DNA of 48,233 bases from a bacterium (GCA_043719295.1 JAYSUD010000012.1:92790-141022), one strand, 5' to 3'; positions 26,302 to 34,245 are shown, counted from the stretch's first letter. A program made the numbers and translations. The notes: generated from the letters alone by a model not told the origin.

Positions 26302-27984
26302 TTATTGTGCTTTATTGTGTACCACTACTCCGTTTACGAGATAGTTTGCAGGGCCTTGCTTCATATGTAGGTTGTATACATCAACATATTCTTGTTCATA
26401 TGAGTTTGTGCCATCTATAACAACTTCTGAACTAACAATACTTCCAAGACCATCGTGCAATAGTACAGAGTCACCAATAGCAAACAAACCAATTTCTTTG
26501 TATGACTTTGAAACTGGATCAAAGTATGGGTGATTACTTGTCACAAACGTTTCTACACTATGTTGCTGCCCATCAATAATAGAAACTTTTAGGAGTGGGT
26601 AATCTCCGAAATTAGCAGGATTATGAAGTTGCGAATGGACAATTAATTCACCAACAACCGATGTTACAAAGCTATTTGTATTTTGATCATAAGATACAAC
26701 GGTATCCCCTTCTTTAATACTTGCAATGGCAACCTCACCATTTAAAGTTGTAACTAATTGATCTGCAGTGAAGCATGAGTAACTACTTTGTGAATATGAC
26801 CTATAGCTACTTTGTGAATAAGTAGATCTATAGCTACTTTGGCTATAGTAACCACCTTGGCTATAGTAACCACCTTGAGAATAGTAACCACCTTGGCTAT
26901 AATACCCACCTTGAGAATAGTAACTACTTTGTGAATAGTACCTACTTTGACTATATCCTTTGCCAGCATAACTACTTTGAGTATAGTACCCACCTTGACC
27001 ATAGTAACTACTTTGGCTATACGATTTACCCCCATAACTACTTTGAGAGTATGTAGTTCTGTAACTACTTTGGCTGTAGTAACTACTTTGGCTGTAGTAA
27101 CTACTTTGGCTGTATGCTTTACCTCCATAGCTACTTTGCGAGTATGTTCTGTAGCTACTTTGGCTATATGTAGGGGTTGAAGGAACTCCATACGCATCCT
27201 TAACAGATTGTGGAAGATCTTGAACATTATTGAATGGATGTGTAGTACCATTAGAATCTGTATACGTTCCAGTACCTGAGGTATGAACAACAATATTTCC
27301 TCCATTATTACACTCATACACTACTATTCCAGATGGGAGCGTTAGACCAGATGAGGTATAACTACTTTGGGTATATCCAGGGGTATAACTACTTTGGGTA
27401 TATCCAGGGGCATAAGAACTTTGACTGTATCCTGGTGCGTAGCTTGATTGAGAGTAGGCTGGACCATAACTTGACTGAACGTATCCAGGTCCAGTGTAAG
27501 AACTTTGACTATATCCTGGGACATAACTACTTTGAGAGTATCCTGGTGCGTAACTACTCTGACTGTACCCTGGAGCGTAGCTTGATTGAGAGTAGGCTGG
27601 GCCACCGTAAGAACTCTGACTGTAAGCAGGTCCATAGCTTGATTGAGAATATGGCGCAGGAACGTCAGCATATACAGTCTTAATAAATACAACCTGACCT
27701 ATCATTGAACGTAAGTCGAAATTATTAATTTTGGAGTACACATGAATTCCTGCTAATGCAAAAACCAAAATTGTCGCAACAACAGGCAATGACTTATTCT
27801 TTAGAAAAAAACTACTTCTGGAGCTTTCCACATTAAACAATGGGGACAATATTTCAGCATTAGTTGTAATTTCTGAACTAATTACATCAAACGACTTCAA
27901 TTCATTTTCATTATTATAAATGAATGTAGTGTCGTGTTTTTTTACACTCGAACTGTTCGCACTTAAGATAGCGTCTTTTCCCAT
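26302..27984 (-). CDS. Membrane-anchored Tyr/Ser/Gln/Gly-repeat protein ending in a C-terminal Hint (bacterial intein-like) domain
   Basis: TM helix at about aa 66-84. About 11 copies of Y(S/T/V)QSSY plus xPG (aa 112-212), a 60-aa non-repeat insert, then about 20 more YSQSSY/YSQGGY units (aa 273-403). The Hint domain follows: Cys404 (CFTADQLV), block B TSNHP, and VYNLHM..GPANYLVNGVVVHN-KAQ-stop. Confidence 0.85.
   Translation of the reverse strand: MGKDAILSANSSSVKKHDTTFIYNNENELKSFDVISSEITTNAEILSPLFNVESSRSSFFLKNKSLPVVATILVFALAGIHVYSKINNFDLRSMIGQVVFIKTVYADVPAPYSQSSYGPAYSQSSYGGPAYSQSSYAPGYSQSSYAPGYSQSSYVPGYSQSSYTGPGYVQSSYGPAYSQSSYAPGYSQSSYAPGYTQSSYTPGYTQSSYTSSGLTLPSGIVVYECNNGGNIVVHTSGTGTYTDSNGTTHPFNNVQDLPQSVKDAYGVPSTPTYSQSSYRTYSQSSYGGKAYSQSSYYSQSSYYSQSSYRTTYSQSSYGGKSYSQSSYYGQGGYYTQSSYAGKGYSQSRYYSQSSYYSQGGYYSQGGYYSQGGYYSQGGYYSQSSYRSTYSQSSYRSYSQSSYSCFTADQLVTTLNGEVAIASIKEGDTVVSYDQNTNSFVTSVVGELIVHSQLHNPANFGDYPLLKVSIIDGQQHSVETFVTSNHPYFDPVSKSYKEIGLFAIGDSVLLHDGLGSIVSSEVVIDGTNSYEQEYVDVYNLHMKQGPANYLVNGVVVHNKAQ
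26776..27651 (-). repeat. In-frame degenerate tandem coding repeats (18-30 nt units) encoding YSQSSY-type units, split by a unique segment at 27169-27348
   Basis: Recurrent gtaactactttggctgtagtaactactttg... on the plus strand. It produces long shadow ORFs in several frames. Confidence 0.85.
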
Positions 27985-28280
27985 ATAGTACTATTAGTAT
28001 AATACACATTTATTAAAAATAATGTGCCCCTGTGCACAAATATCTCTACCATCTAGCCCATTTTACTTTTTAATAAAGTTTTAAAAGATCAAATCTTGAA
28101 GTGTGCTAAATTTTTCTTAACATTCCTAAAATAATTACTCCAGTGCAGTTGAATTAAAGCCTGTTTGAAAGCTCTCAAACAAAAAAACTTTCAAATAACA
28201 AAATAATATAGCCATCCATTTACTTACTAATGCTTTAACATACTGTCTTTTGAATACCGGAATTAGCCATAAATGCACAT

Positions 28281-29462
28281 TCACTTAAAATATATCCCCT
28301 TCTTGTTCAACATTTCTTCAAAAGACGGACTGAAACTTACTACTTCTTCTAGCGCATTGAATATTAAAGGACTTTGTTCCCGAGCTTTGTCCTGATTGAA
28401 TTGAAATCTAAATATAGTCTGAGAAAGAGCGTCGTATGGCAAGTTTTGATTTAAATGCTCTAGAGCCAAATTTATATGACTTTCTACAATAGTTTCGTAT
28501 ACTTCCTTGTTTATTCGATGTAGGTAGAGTGCACTATAGAAATGAATGGAGCTTTCATAGTTGGCAAATACATTATTTTCTTTATAACTTTCAGATTGAG
28601 AAATTTGCATTGCTTCGGCAAAAACAGTTTCGAAGTCTTGCTCAGTTGGTTTTGGCACTTTGGTTACAATATCTCCAAGCACCTTGCCCTTCCAGTATAA
28701 ATGTGTGACAAGCGCACTAGATTTAAGAGATATCGGGGTATTTATAGGATCTTTTATTCTTTCATCGGCGCTGGCTATGTATGTCTCAATTTTATTCTGA
28801 ATTTGAACATTAGAAAGTTGTTCTACGTTTGGTCTATATTTGTTTTCATTCAGTGTATCAGCATATACATTTGCTAAAAACATACTCGTGAATGGAATTG
28901 GTTCAAGACTTTCGGCAAATAGTGCCAACTTTTTCATCAGCTCATGCCGAGCAATTAAGTCACCATTTTTTGCAAGTTCTAATGTCTCTAAATATTTTTT
29001 ATCAAACGATATTATTGCTTGTGTCTGAATATAAAAAGGGAAATCTCCAGCATAAAATGAGGCAGGGTCAGTGTACGCATATCTAATAAGCATTGCTATG
29101 GCTGATGACCTACCCCAAGCTGGCACACTCTCATCATCAGCTACACCTCGCAACATATTTATGGCTTCTAAAGATGCTTCAGTAGTGTTTTTTTTATGCA
29201 ATGCACTTATATATGAAAAAGTAAGTGACAGATATTCAAGAGATTTTTTATTATTCATATTGTTTATAAGACTCTTTGCATTTTGTAAATCAGTATCTGC
29301 AGCGCTTGTAAGCAACACACTAGCTAGTTCAGGCCCATTTTTTGACTCTCTATTTATTTGTATCTCATTATTGCCATCATTTCTGGGGTAGAAAAAAAAT
29401 ATACACAGTGTAATACCCAGTGTCAGAAAAAAAAGAAGTAGTGGTAGTATTTTAATTTTCAT
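28281..29462 (-). CDS. Membrane-anchored all-alpha protein, unknown function; translationally coupled to the upstream Hint-repeat gene
   Basis: N-terminal TM helix (ILPLLLFFLTLGITLCIFFF). TAATG stop/start overlap at 29460-29464. Confidence 0.7.
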   Translation of the reverse strand: MKIKILPLLLFFLTLGITLCIFFFYPRNDGNNEIQINRESKNGPELASVLLTSAADTDLQNAKSLINNMNNKKSLEYLSLTFSYISALHKKNTTEASLEAINMLRGVADDESVPAWGRSSAIAMLIRYAYTDPASFYAGDFPFYIQTQAIISFDKKYLETLELAKNGDLIARHELMKKLALFAESLEPIPFTSMFLANVYADTLNENKYRPNVEQLSNVQIQNKIETYIASADERIKDPINTPISLKSSALVTHLYWKGKVLGDIVTKVPKPTEQDFETVFAEAMQISQSESYKENNVFANYESSIHFYSALYLHRINKEVYETIVESHINLALEHLNQNLPYDALSQTIFRFQFNQDKAREQSPLIFNALEEVVSFSPSFEEMLNKKGIYFK

Positions 29463-30304
29463 TACATTCCAAATTTATTATGTACAAGGATCCCGTTAAC
29501 AAAATAGTTAGCAGGGCCACTAGACATGTGTAAATTATATACTGTTGCTATTACTGAGGATTCAGTCAATACATCTCTACTTATAATCTTAATAGGTCCA
29601 GATTGTGTAAAAAGGCTATCGCCTATATTAAACTCCCCAATCGCCTTGTATGCACCCGAGACTACGTCATAGTAAGGATGGTTACTTGTAACACGCGTTA
29701 TACTCCCATCAGAGCACGTTAGTTCTACTAGCGGCATATTCACAAAATCATGAGGGTTTGTTTGTTCATCATGAATAATAACTTCACCAACGGTAGATGT
29801 TACAAATTCTTCTGACTCTTCATCATATGACCGAACCTTAGCCCCTACACATACACGCTCAATAGAAACACCCCCATCTTCAGTCAGGACTACCTCCCCC
29901 GCAGTAAAGCAGGAACCTCCACAACTACCCCCGGAGCCCCCTGAACTTGCATAACTGCTTTGGCTGTAGTACCCACTTTGAGAATATGACCTGTAACTGC
30001 TTTGGCTGTAGTACCCACTTTGAGAATATGACCTGTAGCTGCTTTGAGAATATGAACCATAGCTACTTTGGCTGTAGTACCCACTTTGAGAATATGAACC
30101 ATAGCTACTTTGTAGATATGGGGTATCAGCATGTGCTACTTGAAAGTTTGAAATGTTCTTTATAAAGCCCAATATCTGAAGTTTTGGATATTGCTCTTTA
30201 TTAAAAAGATCTAAGCCAAAAAATTTACAAGTAAAAACTACGATCGTCAACAAAAGGAAGAGCGCTATTTTAATTGGATTTAAAAAAGTATTCTTATGCG
30301 ACAT
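29462..30304 (-). CDS. Membrane-anchored YSQSSY/YSQSGY-repeat protein with Gly/Ser/Cys tract and C-terminal Hint domain (short paralogue of 26302-27984)
   Basis: TM helix at aa 11-31, repeats at aa 63-119, SSGGSGGSCGGS, then Hint Cys132 (CFTAGEVV), TSNHP, and VYNLHMSSGPANYFVNGILVHN-KFGM-stop. Confidence 0.85.
   Translation of the reverse strand: MSHKNTFLNPIKIALFLLLTIVVFTCKFFGLDLFNKEQYPKLQILGFIKNISNFQVAHADTPYLQSSYGSYSQSGYYSQSSYGSYSQSSYRSYSQSGYYSQSSYRSYSQSGYYSQSSYASSGGSGGSCGGSCFTAGEVVLTEDGGVSIERVCVGAKVRSYDEESEEFVTSTVGEVIIHDEQTNPHDFVNMPLVELTCSDGSITRVTSNHPYYDVVSGAYKAIGEFNIGDSLFTQSGPIKIISRDVLTESSVIATVYNLHMSSGPANYFVNGILVHNKFGM
29948..30118 (-). repeat. In-frame tandem coding repeats (YSQSSY / YSQSGY units)
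   Basis: Same nucleotide motif family as 26776-27651. Confidence 0.8.
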
Positions 30305-30401
30305 AATATATCAATATATTCTACAGTAAGTAGAACCTTAGTAAAGGCTATTGTTAACATTTGCTAAACTATACCTGACACAAACTGTGTATACTTCTTT
30401 A

Positions 30402-31829
30402 ATGGATGCAGAAGAGAATTCATATGTATTTGGAAAAGTAGTCGATCTTTACACATACATTTCTAAATCAAATCTCGGGGAGATTACAAAAGCAGGTGTA
30501 CTTTTCATTGTTAACATCCTAAATACGTACCTTCTGTTGCGTACCCAATTTGTAATTCAATATACAGAGGACTTTCGAGATGGTATAGACGTTGATTTAA
30601 AAGAAAAAATCAGGTTTCTTAAAGAAAAAAGAATTATTGATCAACTCATAATTCATTCCCATATATTTTCTGATGAACCATTTCAATTTAGTGCCACGGC
30701 AGTACCTAGTGGATATGGACATGACTTTTTTGATCAGCAAAAAACAATAAGAAAATCTTTGAGTGAAGCTGTTGAGCGCTACCTATGGGAAAATACAACA
30801 GCTCCGTATAAAAATAGACAAATATTTTCTTCTTATAATGAATTAAAGTATAAAAAACTAGATATTTTTTCACTACAAGGATTTACACAAGATCAAAAAA
30901 AAAGCACCATAAAGCTCCAATTTACTTCTGAAACTATTTTTTCATGGTTGCCTGGATTTTCTCTGACTGGTAATAAAACACTCTATTGCCCAACAAGTTT
31001 AGTTAGCTTAAATTATTTTAGATCAAGTGACGAACCAATGCTTCGTTGGAACATTACAACAGGTCAGGCAACCAGACCAAGCCTTGCTGAAGCGAAACTT
31101 CAAGCAATTCTTGAAATTATTGAGCGAGATGCTTTTATGATAAGTTATCTTAATAAACTAACCCCAAAAAAAATATCAATCTCACATTATTCTGATCTAG
31201 ATAAAGATATCGCTAGTATTTACGATGACTGCATGCGATATAATCTCGAGCTTCATTTATTGGCTCTACCTACTGATTTTCCTGTACACTGTATAATTGC
31301 TGTCATAATTGACAGATCGGGACTAGGACCAGCTCTCACTGTCGGTGCTTCGTGTAGTTTCGATATAGAAAATTGTATAAAACATGCTACATCTGAAGCT
31401 CTCTCTGTACGTTTTTACCTCAAAGATAAATTCCAAAAAGAACATTGCGGAAAAAATTTTGACAGACTTGAGCGATTAATCTACTGGAGTAAACCTGAAA
31501 ATATTGATAAACTTAATTTTTTTCTGGAAGGTACTGATACGATACAAGTTCCATTACTTGAATCTAAATTCAATATAGAAGAAAAGCTATGCATACTTAT
31601 ATCTGCATTTAGATCAAAAAAATATGAACTATGTTGTATTGATATGTCAGATAAAGAGCTGAAAAATGCTGGTTTTGAAAGTGTTTCAATTATCTCGCCA
31701 GAAATGCAACCTTTGCACCTCAATGAAGAAATTCCATACTTTGGTGGAAAAAGACTTAAAGAAGTGCCACTTATGTTTGGATATGATGCCGCAAGTATAA
31801 TTAATACAATACCTCATCCATTCCCATAA
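30402..31829 (+). CDS. YcaO-domain cyclodehydratase-like protein with about 130-aa N-terminal extension
   Basis: LSEAVERYLW and EAKLQAILEIIERDAF are YcaO ATP/Mg-binding glutamate motifs. The C-terminal IPHPFP-stop is the Pro-rich PxPxP tail of azoline-forming YcaOs. Start is ATG 30402 or TTG 30351. Confidence 0.85.
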   Translation: MDAEENSYVFGKVVDLYTYISKSNLGEITKAGVLFIVNILNTYLLLRTQFVIQYTEDFRDGIDVDLKEKIRFLKEKRIIDQLIIHSHIFSDEPFQFSATAVPSGYGHDFFDQQKTIRKSLSEAVERYLWENTTAPYKNRQIFSSYNELKYKKLDIFSLQGFTQDQKKSTIKLQFTSETIFSWLPGFSLTGNKTLYCPTSLVSLNYFRSSDEPMLRWNITTGQATRPSLAEAKLQAILEIIERDAFMISYLNKLTPKKISISHYSDLDKDIASIYDDCMRYNLELHLLALPTDFPVHCIIAVIIDRSGLGPALTVGASCSFDIENCIKHATSEALSVRFYLKDKFQKEHCGKNFDRLERLIYWSKPENIDKLNFFLEGTDTIQVPLLESKFNIEEKLCILISAFRSKKYELCCIDMSDKELKNAGFESVSIISPEMQPLHLNEEIPYFGGKRLKEVPLMFGYDAASIINTIPHPFP

Positions 31830-31831
31830 AT

Positions 31832-32578
31832 ATGTACAAATATTTTGCAAAAACTTTTCATAAGAAAATATTCAACCAATATCTAGACAGATTGCCAATT
31901 TTAGTGGATTCAAAAGTATGGCCAAAGGAGTGGTCAACGATTGATTATAAAGAATATCCACGCATGAAAAAAATAGAGCTCAAGCGAGCATCTTTTATAT
32001 TTCCACCATTAGACTCAATTCTCAAAATGCGACATACGACCAGAGAATTTCTAACACTACCAATTTCACTAGATAAAATTTCTTCTCTCCTTGAATATAG
32101 TGTTGGGTTAAATGTTACTCGAAATAAGAATTCAAACAATGAACGCCGATATTATCCTTCCGGTGGAGCACTTTATCCTCTTGAGGTTTATGTATACGTT
32201 CAATACTCAAAGGAAATAAGCGCTGGTCTATATCATTACAATGTAAAAAATCACTTGCTGGAAAATTTATTACCAAGTTCAGCAATTACTACTCTAAAAG
32301 AGAGCATCTATCCATGGGCAACAGATGCCCCAGTGACATTTTTTATTTCAAGTATTTGGAATAGAAATTTTAAAAAATATGACGACTACGGGTATCCAAT
32401 CGTACTTCTAGAAGCTGGGCATATTGGGCAAAATATGCAGCTTGTAGGTGAGGCGTTAGGACTGCGCTACTGTACATATGTTGGATTTAATATGAAAAAA
32501 ATTAATAATCTATTTAACTTTGAAAAAGCTGATGAAGAATGTGTACTCTATGTAGCTTCTTTCGGAGAAAGCAAATGA
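31832..32578 (+). CDS. SagB-type (nitroreductase-fold, FMN) dehydrogenase
   Basis: RRYYPSGGALYPLEVYV and LEAGHIGQNMQL are typical of SagB/ThcOx azoline oxidases. Begins 2 nt after the YcaO stop. Confidence 0.8.
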   Translation: MYKYFAKTFHKKIFNQYLDRLPILVDSKVWPKEWSTIDYKEYPRMKKIELKRASFIFPPLDSILKMRHTTREFLTLPISLDKISSLLEYSVGLNVTRNKNSNNERRYYPSGGALYPLEVYVYVQYSKEISAGLYHYNVKNHLLENLLPSSAITTLKESIYPWATDAPVTFFISSIWNRNFKKYDDYGYPIVLLEAGHIGQNMQLVGEALGLRYCTYVGFNMKKINNLFNFEKADEECVLYVASFGESK

Positions 32579-32646
32579 CATTAAGAGTGCAGCATCAGTT
32601 ATAATATATACAGCCCGCCTCCTTAAAGAGACGGGCCGGGTGATAT

Positions 32647-33009
32647 CTACTGCTTCACGAACTTTAGACCAGAATGTTTGTAGTCAAACAGGGTCCAATT
32701 GCCAGTTATTTTAGATGGTGTAATTTTGGTTATCTCGAACGTCGCAACATCAAAACTGATGGTATCTCCCTGCCGACGGACGCTCTGGGCTACATATTGT
32801 TCTCCTCCAGTAGGAGGATTTGTGCTACAATCAGCCCCAGTTCTATACGTCATCACGCCAGTTGGTAAAACAGTTAAGACTCCACACTGGTTGCCTGGAA
32901 AATCTGCAACCCACCAGCCAACCCCCAGCTCAGACTGACCTGCCATTGCTGTAGAAGCAAAAATGGCACAAACAAGAACGAACATGGTACGACGAAGACT
33001 TTTTTCCAT
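32647..33009 (-). CDS. Small secreted protein, unknown function (visibly higher GC than neighbours)
   Basis: Signal peptide MEKSLRRTMFVLVCAIFASTAMAGQ. 120 aa. A GC-rich hairpin lies downstream at 32613-32636. Confidence 0.65.
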   Translation of the reverse strand: MEKSLRRTMFVLVCAIFASTAMAGQSELGVGWWVADFPGNQCGVLTVLPTGVMTYRTGADCSTNPPTGGEQYVAQSVRRQGDTISFDVATFEITKITPSKITGNWTLFDYKHSGLKFVKQ

Positions 33010-33326
33010 AGTACTCTCCTATTACCTGACGAAATGCCAGACATTTCTTACTGTACAACATATAATATTATATGTCCAGTAATCGACCATTGTAGCCTTT
33101 GCTATAGGGAGTAGTGAAATGTAAAGTGCTACTATCTTCTCATGAAATTCTTTGATAATACTTGAAGTCGTATCGGTTGTATTATTATCAACAATAATAC
33201 ATTCACACATACGATATACTTTGGGTAGGAACGTAATTAAGGCATTATACCAAAGACCGCGATTAGTTACGTGCTGAAATAACTATTGATATAGTACATC
33301 CGTTTAACCCCAAGGTATATCTGAAA

Positions 33327-33725
33327 TTATTCCACAACAGTAACAGTCCCAACCTTATTAGCTCTAATATGGTCATGAAATTTCCAAACGCCTACTTTAT
33401 CAAACTTAAATTTCCAAATGTCTCCAGAAGCAATTGGCTTTAATGGATCAAATTCTGGATAAATGCCATGGGTTGGATGTAGGTCAGATGCTGGCCAATG
33501 GAATTCCCCACTTTCATTTGTCCATAGAACTACGTCACCCTTTTTAACGGTTACTTCTTTTGGTTCATAGCCATTTTCAGTGCGCACAATAGTAACGGTC
33601 GTTTCCTCAAGTATTTCTGTAGCTCCCACAATGCTTTTAATTTCAGTATCTTTTGTTAAGAAAAGGTAGCTACCTCCAACTACCGCTAAGACGATAACTA
33701 CAACAATCAAATTTTTTGTATTCAT
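33327..33725 (-). CDS. Membrane-anchored stand-alone cupredoxin-like domain lacking the type-1 Cu cysteine
   Basis: ...YEPKEVTVKKGDVVLWTNESGEFHWPASDLHPTHGIYPEFDP...WKFKFDKVGVWKFHDHIRANKVGTVTVVE. The strand pattern is cupredoxin-like but has FHDH where CxxH...M is expected. Confidence 0.7.
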   Translation of the reverse strand: MNTKNLIVVVIVLAVVGGSYLFLTKDTEIKSIVGATEILEETTVTIVRTENGYEPKEVTVKKGDVVLWTNESGEFHWPASDLHPTHGIYPEFDPLKPIASGDIWKFKFDKVGVWKFHDHIRANKVGTVTVVE

Positions 33726-33726
33726 A

Positions 33727-34245
33727 TTATTTTTTAACTTTTTTAGGTACTAAGAATCCAATACACAGCCCAATACACAAACTTCCAAAACTAAATAATG
33801 CATATAGTGGAATCGGATTAACTTCTTTTTCAACATCAAGAGGCGCAATTATTTCGAGTGGAAATTCTGATTTTATCACTGTTTCGCCGTCTTTTTGAAA
33901 GCGAGTTGCAATGGTATACACCCCCTCTTCTGGAAACACAAACGTGAAGCCAGTTGCACCAAACACCGGTTTATCAACTGCACCTCCAAAAAAGAGTTTT
34001 TTATCTTTTGTGATGGTGACCCATGCATCAGTAAATACCTCACCTTCAACTTTAGACACATCCTCAGGGTACAATGCAAAATCAAATCGAGTTGATTCTA
34101 ACGCTGCAATAAATTCATCGTGTCCAATATCAATTTTATATCCCTCTTTTACTTCTTCAAACGAGACTCCAGTACCGTGAGCATACACAGAAATTGCACC
34201 AGTTACAAAGATTACTCCAAAAATTAATACTGCCAAATACCTCAT
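33727..34245 (-). CDS. Secreted beta-rich protein with predicted N-terminal His after signal cleavage and C-terminal TM anchor
   Basis: Signal peptide ...GAISVYA followed by HGTGVSFEE. C-terminal LYALFSFGSLCIGLCIGFLV-PKKVKK. Confidence 0.65.
   Translation of the reverse strand: MRYLAVLIFGVIFVTGAISVYAHGTGVSFEEVKEGYKIDIGHDEFIAALESTRFDFALYPEDVSKVEGEVFTDAWVTITKDKKLFFGGAVDKPVFGATGFTFVFPEEGVYTIATRFQKDGETVIKSEFPLEIIAPLDVEKEVNPIPLYALFSFGSLCIGLCIGFLVPKKVKK

Noticed and set aside
26776-27651. Possible CRISPR array, because of the regular short repeats
   Set aside because: The units are 18-30 nt, contiguous, degenerate and in frame within a protein. There are no unique spacers of CRISPR size and no cas genes in the window.
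26754-27692. Long ORFs in other frames and on the plus strand across the repeat region (26754-27317 -, 26947-27180 +, 27333-27683 +, 27342-27692 -)
   Set aside because: They are shadow frames of the low-complexity tandem repeat. Their translations are monotonous (VVT/KVV/TLA strings). They lie wholly inside the 560-aa gene, which has a coherent TM-repeat-Hint architecture.
29890-30165. ORFs 29890-30132 (-) and 29947-30165 (+)
   Set aside because: Same shadow-frame artefact, here over the repeat region of the 280-aa Hint protein.
33022-33210. 62-aa ORF (MCECIIVDNNTTDTTSS...) as a possible small YcaO precursor peptide
   Set aside because: It has no Shine-Dalgarno-like sequence upstream and lies on the opposite strand, 450 bp from SagB and beyond another gene. 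The Cys/Ser/Thr-rich part is N-terminal rather than a C-terminal core. It could be re-examined if expression data exist.
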